Assembly: GCA_023920165.1 (NCBI GenBank)
Contig: CP089276.1
Coordinates: forward strand, 2,914,001 to 2,978,000
Reading direction: 5' to 3'
Length of the DNA stretch: 64,000 nucleotides
Source: Curvularia clavata
Lineage: Eukaryota
How positions within the stretch are numbered: the stretch's first letter is position 1; every line of letters begins with the position of its first letter. Positions 1 to 11,480 of this stretch are shown here, piece by piece. Under the pieces are notes generated by a model that ran no database searches, was not told where the DNA came from, and saw only the letters and a list, made by a program, of their open reading frames with translations. The position numbers and the translations under genes were made by a program.

Positions 1-1147
1 GGAAGAACTGCCGATGCAAGAAATCCGATCGCACCAATGGTGGACAAGACAGCAGCATGCAATGCGCGAGCGTTGAAGTAGTCTGATGACCAGGCGGTGA
101 TGAGGGAGATGACATATGCAACAGCATATGGGGGAACCGTCATAAGCTGAGCTTGCAGGTTCTCGTAACCCAAGCCAGCGGTGATGGTCGGAGTGAAGAG
201 CGATAGCGAGCTGAAAGGTGCGGAAATACCAAAATAGATGATATAGTGTACCCAGAGGCGGCCATCAAGTATGGTTTCCTTGGCTGTCTCCCAGGTGAGT
301 GAAGGCGCATTGCCTTTTGAACCCTCATTCTCCAAGCGTAACACCGCCAATTCGCGCTCGGATGTCGATAGCCAAGAGACTTCCTCGGGGTAGTCTGGCA
401 AAAACAGCCACACTGCAATCGACGAGACGCAGGACGGAATCCCCTCGAGGATAAACAGCCATCTGAAAGCGGCAAGTCCCTGTACTTCTTTCATGTGCCC
501 TACACCATAAGCAATCGCACCACCAAACGCACCCGCCAAAGTTGCGCTTGCCAAAATAATGGCGACACGTAAACTCCTTTCGCGTGCGCGATACCAGAAC
601 GTCAGGTAGTAAACCAAGCCAGGAAAAAGACCAGCTTCGAACATGCCAAGCAGAAACCTGACCGCAGTGACAGTCGCGTAGTTTTTGGCACCACCGAGCC
701 CGATTGTGCAAGCGCCCCATCCAAACATGAGGAAGGCAATCCATCGGCTCGGCTTTAACTTCTTGAGGAAATAATTGCTGGGCACTTCAAAGACGGCGTA
801 GGCAACCAAAAATACCATGAGGGCGATTGTGTATTGATAGTTGGTCATGTGAGTCTCTTGCAGAAGGGAGTGTCCCTCGTTGGCGTTGAGGGTTTTGGCA
901 TTGCCGATGTTGGAGCGGTCGAGGAAACACAGGAGGTAGATGGTGGCGGACAGAGGAATAATGCGCACATCTTGTTTCCAGATCAAAGCACGAACGGCAG
1001 GAGTATTGGTTTCCTCAATGGCGTCAATGTCTTGCGTACCCTGTTATTTGTGTCAGATCTGTAGTGGCGGTAAAATCTCATGCTGTCGCTTACCACGTGC
1101 TTGCCCAGTTCCTCGTCATGTTTTTCGAGTTCGTGCTGAAGAGCCAT
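1..1147 (-). CDS. MFS transporter, anion:cation symporter (Dal5/Tna1-like); 3' end runs off the window
   Basis: Manual translation after one intron: MALQHELEKHDEELGKHV..KQDVRIIPLSATIYLLCFLDRSNIGNAK..FEVPSNYFLKK..RFLLGMFEAGLFPG..WY..FRWLFILEGIPS. LDRSNIGNA and EAGLFPG are typical ACS-family motifs. Confidence 0.9.
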
Positions 1148-1929
1148 CTTGTAGTGACACGGTGCAAACAGCGGATGCGAGTGCAAGCAGCAAAACAACA
1201 AATCAGAACTACAGCGAATATTTAAGCACCACCAAGCAAATGCTTGGTTCGCTTAACTGTATCCGTGCCCGAATATACTGATTTGTTCACCGCTGTGGAT
1301 TGACGCACCGAACAGTGGACATGCACGCGCTAAGCCGCTGATTGAGTTAGGCTGCCGGCAACGGCATGCTGTAACTAGTCAAACCCCGCATATTCCCAGA
1401 TGCAGCCTTCCTAAGCTGTTTGCTGCTTCTCCACAGGGTCTGTTACACTGCATGTGATTGGGACGAGACGGGTGTTTTTCAAGTCCCGAAATATCAAATG
1501 CTCCGGCAGGTAAATCCGAGTTGCGGGGCGACAGCCGAATATTGGTCACTTTATGTCGACTATAGACAATTGTTGTAACGCTGGTATCGAAGTCTTCCTA
1601 AACGACACTGCTTGGTGCTTTCCTCGCATTGGCGGTAGATAGACTCCATCTCCCCCAACCAGTAAAACCGGAAAATAAAAACGAACTCCCCTACGCTGTC
1701 AATGCATTAAACAACGCGTGACTGTGGCAACTACAGCTACTTTTGAAAGTAGAATCGTACGTGTGAAGAACACAGTAAACAATAAACAAATGTAACATAT
1801 ACAGCTACTTTTGGAAACAGTGATTCTGCTATGATACAAGATGGTCTTGTAAGCCGACCCTTTCTGGCTTCAACAGTTGTGCAGAAAAACTCGTTCCCCT
1901 TTTGCCTCCCTACCGCATAAACCGCGGCC

Positions 1930-2215
1930 TAATCCTCGTCCCATACATGTAGCCGAAATAATGACAAGGAAGCAGCTCATCCTCGCTGAACTCGTGGCGT
2001 TGTATGCCAGGTAGCAGGCGTTTGCTAACAGTGTATTCGGCGCTCGCATTTGGTAATCTCGCGCATTAGCTGCTGTATGATGAGGAGGCTCGATTAGCCG
2101 CGTATGCCTCCACTGTCTAGAGTAAGTTCAAGGTCCCTCCAGCACTTTTCCGCAGTGATGTTCGTCTCCCAGTCTTCTCACATACTGTCCTCCTGGGTGG
2201 CACTAGTGCCCATGG
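1930..2215 (-). pseudogene. Patatin-like phospholipase relic
   Basis: Minus strand reads TLDSGGIRG*SSLLIIQQLMREI...ELLPCHYFGYMYGT, matching the patatin pattern LSLDGGGIRGxSSL..PCxYFDxxxGTSTG. There is an in-frame TAA and the GxSxG nucleophile motif is lost. Confidence 0.7.
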
Positions 2216-3348
2216 TTTTTATGATGACCGGCCGCGATGCCGTCTCTCGCGGGTGTGTGGAGAAAAGAAACCAGTGGCTGTGATGGCAATGGGGCTAATA
2301 CCACATTTTCCGCTTGAACTGTTCTCTGATGCGTTCAAAGGCGGATTTCTCCTTTTGGAGGGTTTGGTACTTGACTTCAATATCGGCCCATAGCCACTTC
2401 TTATAGGGTCACTCTGCGCTAATCTCCTTATGTAGCGGTCTTCAGCATCTTTGTTGAGTTGATAGTGAAACCACTAGAATATCTTGTCATCACTTTTCTT
2501 TTTTTTCTTTTTCTGGTTTCGCCAAAGTCAGTTCGGCAGCCAAACTTGGCATTGTTTTGGCCGTTCTTTGGTGGTATGGCTCGATGGTCCGCCTCGCTGT
2601 TGCCCGTTAGAATCCTCTCTAGCTGTCTTATCGCCGGGTTGCACATGAATTTTCGGACATGGTGGAAAAGTTTAGAACCATTGTTTTGGTGTGTTATATT
2701 GTGTGTGTGTTGATAGGGTTAGTGCGTGCTAAGGACTTTGGTAGTTGGTAGAGGCGTTATTGGTGGTGAGGCGATTGCTGATAGTAAAGGCGGTAGCAAA
2801 ACAAGAGGCACTGCCTTCAGAGACTCAAGTAGAAAATCCACCGGCCCACCTGCATAATTCACCAGAACACTAATATTGTGGAAGGTGCACACGGGATACA
2901 CTAGCAACGCGCTATAAAGGCGACTAGAAGGTGTACTTTGAGCCGCGGCAAGAGCGGACAGGGCGCTCAGAGCCTACCTAGCTAGGTCAAAATGAACCGT
3001 AGTTGTTACAGCCATTCATTGTTTGCTGTGTATTGCGTATTGCACTAGCGATTCTGCTTTTAAAAGCAGCTCCAGTTGTCACAGTTACTTATCATTGTGT
3101 TCACAGCTTATCTTTTACTGGTTGTAGGAGAGGGTGCAACGTGACCAACAAGAATGACGTTGGCAACAGGGTCCAAGCTTCGCCCCAGCCTCACATCCAA
3201 GCGCATGCACTATCTCCTCTAGACGCCGTCCTGAACAGCTCCACAGCCTTCCTCCACATCTCCAAACCCCTTCCCCAGCTCCCGGGATTGCCTTTCCGAA
3301 GCCTTCTACTCACGAATCCTCGCACAGAAGCTGCCAGCCACCGCTGCC

Positions 3349-4006
3349 ATGCAGCTCACCACCCTCTTCGTTGCCGCGCTGAGCGCTGTCTCTGTTTCCG
3401 CGTCGCCTTCATGGATGGGAGGCGACCAGGTTGTGGTCCAGGACGAATTCAAGGTTCCAGGCGATAACCCGCTGTACTTCTGCGCCGACCCGGCCAACGA
3501 CATCCTCACCATCGAGAAGGTCGACCTTAGCCCCAACCCACCCAAGCCGTACGTCTCCTTGCCTACCCATCAACATCTCCTAGCCTCACTTGCTGCTGTC
3601 GCTTTGACAGCCAGCATGTTGCCGACAGCAACTAACACATGCGCAGTGGCGAGACACTTAGCATCAAGGCCACGGGCAACTTCAAGGAGGAAGTTGGCGA
3701 GGGTTTCACCATGCACCTTCAAGTCAAGTATGGCATCATCACGCTCATCAACCAGAACGCAGATGGATGTGAGACTATCAAGAAGGGAGACCTTGACTGC
3801 CCGCTCAAGAAAGGCGAGATGAGCCTGACCAAGGACGTCGATCTGCCCAGGGAGATTCCTCCGGTGCGCTTCCCCAAAGATTTGTAGACCAACGTATCGT
3901 GATGCTAACAAACCTACAGGGCCAGTACACGGTTCTCGCCGATGTCCTGACCGAGAATGGCGACAAGATTACCTGCCTCACTGCCAAGATTGCATTCCAC
4001 CGGTAA
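3349..4006 (+). CDS. NPC2: Phosphatidylglycerol/phosphatidylinositol transfer protein (ML domain, NPC2 family), 3 exons
   Basis: Signal peptide followed by VPGDNPLYFC, VDLSPNPPKP, LQVKYGIITLIN, CPLKKGE, DVDLPREIPPG.YTV, ITCLTAKIAFHR*. Confidence 0.93.
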
Positions 4007-4484
4007 ATGCCTCCAAATTTACTTGGACACCACCACACCTGACGAACAACAACGGTGTCTGATATTCAACAACGCAGAGGAGGAACGGAGGGTGAGAAAG
4101 CCAAAAGCGGGAGTAAAATCAAGCTTGGTGAGCCACGGGTACAGATGTCTGGACCCTTGGCAGACATGGTGCGGGAGAGATTGCGACGAAGGAACGAGCT
4201 ATAAGTATTCTTTTGGGAAATGTGCAACGTCAGTATTGTCCTCGGGTTTGGTGCATAGTTTGGATTCTTAGTCAAGTTCTGGGCCATGGTTTAATGTTAA
4301 CACGATGGATATGCATGTATCTATGGCATTTTGTCCGGTTTCAAACCGACCGATATCATTCTCCAGCCGTGTTTACGTGATATATATGCACAAGCCAGGG
4401 CCTGGCCAACATGGCTCGTACCAGTGCCGCTCCATGCAGGATACATTTGAAACTTTCAATAGACCAACACTCTCTTAAGCAGAT

Positions 4485-5071
4485 TTACTCTCCGAACAAC
4501 CTCCTGACGCGCTTCAGCACACTGTCCTTCTCAGGATCGTAGGGGTGGTCCTTGGACGGAATCTCAAGTAGCGAAGGGAAGGCGGCGGTGTACGTCTCAA
4601 CGCGGTGTCGTATCCTCTCGGCGATCTAAGTCTTGTCAGCCTCGAACAGACTTGAATATCGAGCTGGCGCATAATTTCAGAAAATAGCGCTAGCTCACTG
4701 CCATTGAAAACTCAACATACATGTTGGTTGATGAGCAGAATAGCAATGTCCTTGCGTTCGGTGGTAAAGCGATCAAAGGCGGCTTCAATAGCCGATGTTT
4801 CGGTCTTGCTGTCGACAACCAGGAAGTTCTTCTGGCTATCTGGTGGTTGGGTAACGTGCTGCACCCCTCTTATCAGTCTTTGATTCTATCGCGACTCGGG
4901 ATAAAGCATTAGCATACGCCTACGCCCGCGAGCAGCATGCCCGTGCAAGTGTCCTGTAAACAGTCAGTTCAGATGAACAGCCCCCCACAAAAGGACACAA
5001 GGAATACCTACCTCGTCGCCGATGACGGCGAGGAACTGTCTGTCCTTGTATTGCGCTGCCGGTGCTGCCAT
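4485..5071 (-). CDS. VMA7: V-type ATPase subunit F, 4 exons
   Basis: Spliced translation [105 protein letters not shown]. Confidence 0.96.
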
Positions 5072-5332
5072 GGCGAGATGTGTACAGAGGCAGCTGTCGT
5101 GAGGTCGAAGCTTGGCTGGGGAAGCTGCACGCCGTCGTCATGGGGCCCTAGTCCGCGTTTGGCCAAATGTTTGGACCCTCGACTTTCTTTCTCCCTCCTC
5201 CTTTCATCCTCAAACCACAGCGCCATGGCGTGACAAACAACGTCGCCTTCCATTCCTTTTACTCCTTCTTCTTCAAATACCTTACTATAAATCGCAGCCT
5301 CCGTAATAATAACAGTTTCTTCTACCGCCACC

Positions 5333-6772
5333 ATGCCTCGTCTCGTGCGCCGCGCGCCTCTCGCCGAACGAATCAAGGCTTACACCGACCCTTCAGACTG
5401 GCTCATCTGGATTTCAGAAGAGCTAAACAGCTCCGACTGGGAGGAATTTGCTGCTTCCTATGCGCTTTACATCGGCCTCGGCGCAAATGTACTCTTCATT
5501 CTCGCGCAGGCGAACAGCGGCGCATTTGCGGCCTCGGACGATGACGGCGTTTTCAACGAGGTTGAAGGCCCCGGATGGGCCAGATGGACACTGGGTCTGC
5601 TAGTCATGATCTTGGGTGGGACCAGCTTTCTCAATGCGTGGCTGGTCTGGGGAAAGAGGAGGTACTACCGTCTGTTCGAACAAAAGGTCGATGTAGCGCC
5701 ACGGACTCCCAGCGCGAAGCGCGTTCGCGTTGACTCATCTCCAGCTGCCGCGAGTCCCATGCAGTTTGTGAGGAATCTGGTACAAAACAACGCCGCGAGC
5801 AGGGCGCATCCCATGGAGGGTAGAGATGTCTGGGAAGTCGCAGTTTGGGACCCCAACCCGCTGTGCCTTAGATTCTTCTGCCTTTTCAGTCCTCTCCATG
5901 TGGTACTCTACTACCTCAACCTTCCTGTTGGACCTTTGGATCCGAGCCCGAGTGTGAGAGTCACAACAACCATTCTCGTCGGGGCGGTGCTGTCACTGCA
6001 GCTTTGGTGGCTGCAGAGCTCGTTCACCCAGCAGATCAAGGACAACGCTCTGATTAGTCGCCAAGTGCTCCATGAATACGACAGCAAGTTTGTGCACCCG
6101 TCATTACAAAAGCCGTGCCGGGATGTGGGTGTCCAAACCATCTCAAAGAACCGAAGTCAAGACTCAAGTGTCGGTGTGAAGGGCAGCAGTGACGATCTAG
6201 CAAGCGAGATTGTTACCTACACGCCGAAAACCGTGATTAACCGTACTTTTCGCACGAATCCAAACGCCAGCTACGTCTCCCAGTATGACCCCGATCACGA
6301 GCGCTCCGCCTCCAACACGCCTTCTCTCCGTCGACGCGACAGCAACCCACAGTACGCTACGACATCCACAGCGACCGATGCTGATATGTTTTCCCCTATC
6401 CGTTCCTCGCAGCCACCAAATCCTTTCCGCCAACCTCCTACGATATCACGAACCAGCATTGACACAAAACCCAAGGATGGGGGATATCTTGGTATCAACA
6501 CACACGCTGCATCTCCTCTACGGAAATCTTCTAGCGCGAATTTCTTGAGAGATGGTGAACGGAGTGTGAACCGTGGAAAAGACAGTCTCGGTGGTGCATT
6601 TGAGCGGAGAGCAAGTCCGAGTAAGAGGGATGTTAGTCCATTAAAGCGGATCAGTCTGGGTAATGCTGAGCGGGAGCGTACTGAACGATCGCTAGGTCAG
6701 ACGGATAGGCTCAGTAGAAGCAGTGGATTGGGAAGTTTGAATCTGGGGAAGCGGGAGAGCGGGCGCTACTAG
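5333..6772 (+). CDS. Nuclear rim protein NUR1 / Mug154-like (DUF2418) membrane protein
   Basis: 479-aa ORF with MPRLVRRAPLAERIKAY, two N-terminal TM segments, RRYYRLFE..TPSAKRVRV, VWEVAVWDP, VLHEYDSKFVHP and a low-complexity tail. Confidence 0.8.
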   Translation: MPRLVRRAPLAERIKAYTDPSDWLIWISEELNSSDWEEFAASYALYIGLGANVLFILAQANSGAFAASDDDGVFNEVEGPGWARWTLGLLVMILGGTSFLNAWLVWGKRRYYRLFEQKVDVAPRTPSAKRVRVDSSPAAASPMQFVRNLVQNNAASRAHPMEGRDVWEVAVWDPNPLCLRFFCLFSPLHVVLYYLNLPVGPLDPSPSVRVTTTILVGAVLSLQLWWLQSSFTQQIKDNALISRQVLHEYDSKFVHPSLQKPCRDVGVQTISKNRSQDSSVGVKGSSDDLASEIVTYTPKTVINRTFRTNPNASYVSQYDPDHERSASNTPSLRRRDSNPQYATTSTATDADMFSPIRSSQPPNPFRQPPTISRTSIDTKPKDGGYLGINTHAASPLRKSSSANFLRDGERSVNRGKDSLGGAFERRASPSKRDVSPLKRISLGNAERERTERSLGQTDRLSRSSGLGSLNLGKRESGRY

Positions 6773-7344
6773 GAACTCGTAATAGAAACAAAATGCCTAT
6801 GAACTGCCTATACGGATAGAGTGCATGATGACTAAATGTGTTTGTGCGATGATGAAGCATATTTTGCTTGGATTGTACATATTCTTTATACTGCAATACC
6901 TCAATAAACTCCATTCTGTGGTCTCTTTCTCCACGTGCACGTCGGAAGTCGTTTTCGTGGCGCTTGCGCACACAAAGGTCTTGCTGTCTCCGGTAGTAAT
7001 TTCATCTGCCACCAACAACCTTCAATCTAGTATTCGAATATACGTCAAAGAGGCTGGAAGTCAAATTTTACCCTCTGAAGTTTTATAGTGGACTGACATT
7101 TGCTCGCAATGACCCAGCCAGGGCATCGTCTCGCCATCCCATTCCACTGATCCCTCGCAATAAGATTCGGCTACAGTAGTTCCAGTCTGTCCAGGCAACG
7201 GTGTAACCTCGGGTTCCGGATGGGTATCTTGAACGCAAAAACATCACTAAATTCTTCGCTTTCGTCCGATCCACGGACCGCCTCAAGCGCAATTTCTTTT
7301 ACCTGTTTTCATCTATTACTTGAAAGTATTGTTGAGGGGCGGCA

Positions 7345-8304
7345 ATGGCGTCCAACTCGGAGTTAGAAGCGGAGGCGAATTATGTGTGCAATCCTTTCGA
7401 AATTTTCGTTCTAGTAAGTTGCCTTAGCAGAACTCAGTGAAAATGGAGTTGATTGGAATGTCTATAGGAAAATTGGGCAAGCACTACCCCTGAGATACCC
7501 GCTGACCATCATCAGCGATGGAACGAACTAGCCAGGAGGTACCGGAGTCGAAGTCTTTTGGAGAGATGGGTGCGTCAGACCATGATATCACAGCGTGACT
7601 TTATTGGCACCCCAACTGACCCAGGCTAGCCTTTGTACAAGCGAGTCGAGGAAGCGATGGCTGGAATACCAGGTGCAGCGCCTCTTCCCTCACCGACGAG
7701 GGAACAGATCAACGAAATATTTGCTCCACATCAAACCAGTAAAGAACGCGAGATAAGCAGAAAATTTAACTCTGGTTGGAACGCAGTGTGGCTAAGAACA
7801 TGTTACAAGCCCTCAATGGCCCAGAGCTACTTTGAACTTGCACGACTTGCCGGGGCTGAATATGAGGGCGGCTGCCTTGAAAGCCTGACTCATGTACTCG
7901 ATGATCGTTCGCTCTATGAATTACTAGGATCAAAACAAGAAGTCTTGGATCAGCTCCTGCTTCGTATGCCGGGCCTGACTGATGGGTCAGGTATTGTGGA
8001 CGAGTATGGAGATGGAAGTGAGCTCGTCTATAAAAGTGTCATCTACCAGAGTGAGAGAGAAGGGGATTTGAGAGATGTGGGGAATCGTGTTCAAAACTAT
8101 GTATACGTAGTAGACGAGGAAGCTATTGAGAGGAGTTGGGTGAAGATATGGTGGTTTGATGAGTTCGGAGAAATTATCTGGGACAATTACGCCAGAATTC
8201 CAGATTCCGATCTGGATGGCCTGCATGCTGCCATTATGGACGGGCAGGGCTTCCTCGATATTGTCGGAGAGGACAGCAAGAGAGGCGATCATATTGCCCG
8301 GTAG
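7345..8304 (+). CDS. Hypothetical protein, 3 exons
   Basis: ATG at 7345. Introns GTAAGT..TAG and GTGCGT..CTGAC..TAG join in frame to the 223-aa ORF (YVYVVDEEAIERSWVKIWWFDEFGEIIWDN). No family recognised. Confidence 0.7.
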
Positions 8305-10271
8305 TCCGGCAAAAACACAGCTAGTTGCTTCACAATTCGTCTAACTGGAACCTTTCTACATACACTAGGCAGAAAGCTACTGGCAACCATGACTATGCCT
8401 AATGGGAATCAGATAGGCGTAAACGATTTGTCATATCTCCTTCTCGTAGTCACATTTTTCATGTCATACTAAGCGAAAACCCCTTTCATACGGGCAGTTC
8501 AGGTCTCTTTGTCAAGGGGCCTAAGGAATGTGGAAATAACTAGCTCCTAAACAATCCTATCATGAGCTTTAAGCAAGGAGTGCCAAGAGACTAACTCATG
8601 GACGAATACCGACCAGAGCTAACATAGAGGCAAGTCAAAGTCTGAAAGCAGCTCCCATTATGACAACTCAAAAGTTCGACAGCACCGAAAAGAGAGTGAA
8701 TGAGAGTGAATGAGGTTTTGATTGATGAGAATACCCTTCACGAAGTAGAGCGTGATCCCCGGCACACTCACAAAAAGGCGATACATCAGCGTTTGGCTAA
8801 TACTTCCAAGCAAAGCATGATGCAAAGCGTTGGGCAGGCTTGCGAGAATGTGGCTGACGAAATCTGAGTAAGTACAGATTAGGATGCATTTTGGGAGGAG
8901 ATGTAACAGATCTCAAAGCTGGAGTCGAGCAGGAGTCCTGGAACTTTTGGCCTAATCGAGGGAGTGACAAGAGAGAATCGCAACTCAGGCTTTAAAGTTT
9001 ATAAACTTACGATTATAGCAATTTCATTTATCACGAAGCGTTCAATGTGACTCCCCGATCATTCTTCAGTCCTGCGCTGTGCTATAGGCACGACAGGACT
9101 TCGATCTCAGTCCGCTTGCAAAGCTATGTTGCTGTTCAGAGAGTGGTTTTGAGAGAAAGTGCTATATCCTATATTTAGCGGCTATTCTCGTCCTAGAAGC
9201 TGACCAGTCGGCCCATTGTAGCTGTACACTGGCGACCACGTACATCTGTGCTGGCAGTAGGATCAGTTCAGTTCCATGGCTTGGCATGAGCTATGCTTAA
9301 TATAGTACAACAGAAGCTATACATACCATCTAATTTCGAACCGACTACAACAGTATGTTGGAAAGCCTGCGGCACCAACCAGGCCTAGGCAAGCTGAGCT
9401 TTATACTCCTCCGTAAAGGGGGCTGTGCAACTACCGCTAGAAATTGCAATGGTTGAGGAAGCAAAGGAGCTAAGCGAAAGGTGGATAGTTCTATGACTTA
9501 CTTCGAAGAAAGAGGACAAGATGGTTTTTCGTCGAGTCTGTTTTCGATAGTGATCGTGGTGCATGTCCATACGTAGTTACAGTTGTTCCTAGTAAATGAC
9601 GTATTTCGAGTTGCTCCTCATACTACACTTCGATATTGCGCCGTTACTTCCCTTGAAGCTGATGTTTTGCATTCGTTCATCGATTGAGGTATATCAATAC
9701 GCACTAAGTACGAGTTCGGATGAACCGGATGTCGCACGAATTTCTCAATCGAGCAACGGTTTATGGCAGAACTTAGATTGCCGCGCTGTTATTAAGTAGA
9801 GGACCTAAGAAAACAATTTATATTATCCGTTGGTCCTTGGAAATAAAATTCTGAGATTCGCAATGTTCACGAGCTGTTTGTGTGCGTGGCTGCACAGCTA
9901 GGGTTGCCGGTACATCTATTCTTGAACCGGTGTTTCATCTCTACCAGACCAGGTCCATTTACCCTAACACTTTGGAGTAGGGCCGAGAATAAAAGAGTAT
10001 GCTCTTCCGCGCTCCAATAGCGCAAGCAAGCTGACATGTTTCAACGCACCGAACGAGCCAGCGAAACCTTACACAAACTTTCGTAGTGCATCCCGTCTTT
10101 TTAATTTGATAACAGAGAGTCCACCGGAAGAAGACAGAAAATGGTCAGGAAAGTATGTGCATTGATAATGGCGTACAAACCACGCTTTCTTGTTGGAAAA
10201 TTCCATACTTTGCCATAAACCTAACTATCTCTATACCACACAGTTTAGTTACTCCTTCAATTTCTTGAAAT

Positions 10272-11390
10272 ATGAGGCATACGTTCAGTCTCGCCCTCGC
10301 GGCACTCTTTGTTGGCAACGTTACTGCATCGCCTCTTCAACTGGAGACTCTCGTATGTTTTCACTGCTTAACAACCTCTCTTTACACAAGTCAGCGAACT
10401 GACGCCTGTAATAGGAAACTGATAGTACCATCGTGCCTTATGTCGATTCCAGCCTCCCAAACCACACTATATACTTTCCTAGCGGCGTTCCCAAGGCTGG
10501 CTCAGGAAAATTCCCTGTTCTAATCTGGGGAAATGGCGCCTGTAATGTTGACGGCACCGATAACCAAGTCTTCCTCAAACACGTAGCAGCGAATGGATTC
10601 ATTGCTATTGCCGAGGGTATCATGGCGCCAGATACGACCAACACGACTCAGGCCACTGCTATGAGCATGCAAGGCCCATCTAATGATAAGACGATGAAAC
10701 ACGCCATTGACTGGATTTACCAGAACGCCGGAAAGGGCAAGTATGCGAGCGTGGACGCAAGTAGACTTATGACAGCAGGGTTCTCATGCGGTGGGCTCGA
10801 GGCTGCTTATAACTTCCCTGATCACCGAGTCGCTACTGTAGGCATTGTCAGCTCTGGCCTTGTAGACGAAGATAAGCAATATCTGGCATCTACGTGGAAG
10901 AAACCAGTGCTTTACGTCTTGGGTGGCCCGACTGATCCTGCTCTAGACAATGTGAGTTCTCTACCTCCCTTTCGCACGGCAAATCTCTTCCCATCATGAT
11001 TCGCATGATCGTTATAAAACATGACGAAACCACTGCGCCATCTATGTATCAAACATCAATGATGATACTCTGGATGCGCCCAGATCATTTCCTTCTCGAC
11101 ACCTGTTTTGAGGGAACAGTAGTTGACATGAAGGCCTATAGGGTAACAGAGACTTCAAGAATATCCCCATCGGTACTCCCAAATGGAAGGGAATCCTTCC
11201 TCTGGGCCACGGCGGCGATCTTTGGCACACTGACGGTGGCAAGTTTGGCAAAGCCGTCCTCAACTGGGCATTATGGAACCTCAAGGGTAATCAGGATGCT
11301 GCTCAGTATTTCAAGAGCGGATGGCGGGCCGATGGATGGGATGAGGCGTCTGCGGACTTGGATAAGCTGAAGCCAGTAGGCGGCCATTAG
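10272..11390 (+). CDS. Secreted alpha/beta-hydrolase (esterase), 3 exons
   Basis: Signal peptide MRHTFSLALAALFVGNVTA, PVLIWGNGAC, nucleophile motif AGFSCGG, candidate acid in GGPTD, candidate His in LGHGG; ends KPVGGH*. Confidence 0.85.
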
Positions 11391-11480
11391 AGTACATTAT
11401 CCCGGATTATATTCATGGAGCTACTTGAGGGCAATCTTCGATTAGAATTAAAAAAAAGAAAAAAAGAGATAATCGAATAT

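Noticed and set aside
140..1281. Several overlapping ORFs of 70-140 aa in the ORF track
   Set aside because: They are off-frame or antisense shadows of the minus-strand MFS gene. The same applies to most short antisense ORFs over the GH31, permeases, laccase and helicase.
1732..1813. 14-bp direct repeat TACAGCTACTTTTG, the first copy overlapping a small hairpin
   Set aside because: Only two copies with no element between them; insufficient for a TSD, MITE or array call.
8692..8714. 10-bp tandem duplication GAGAGTGAAT
   Set aside because: Simple slippage duplication with no further structure.
9180..9570. Possible minus-strand gene relic with a signal-peptide-like stretch and a GTATGT donor
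   Set aside because: No start, family motif or consistent frame could be established.
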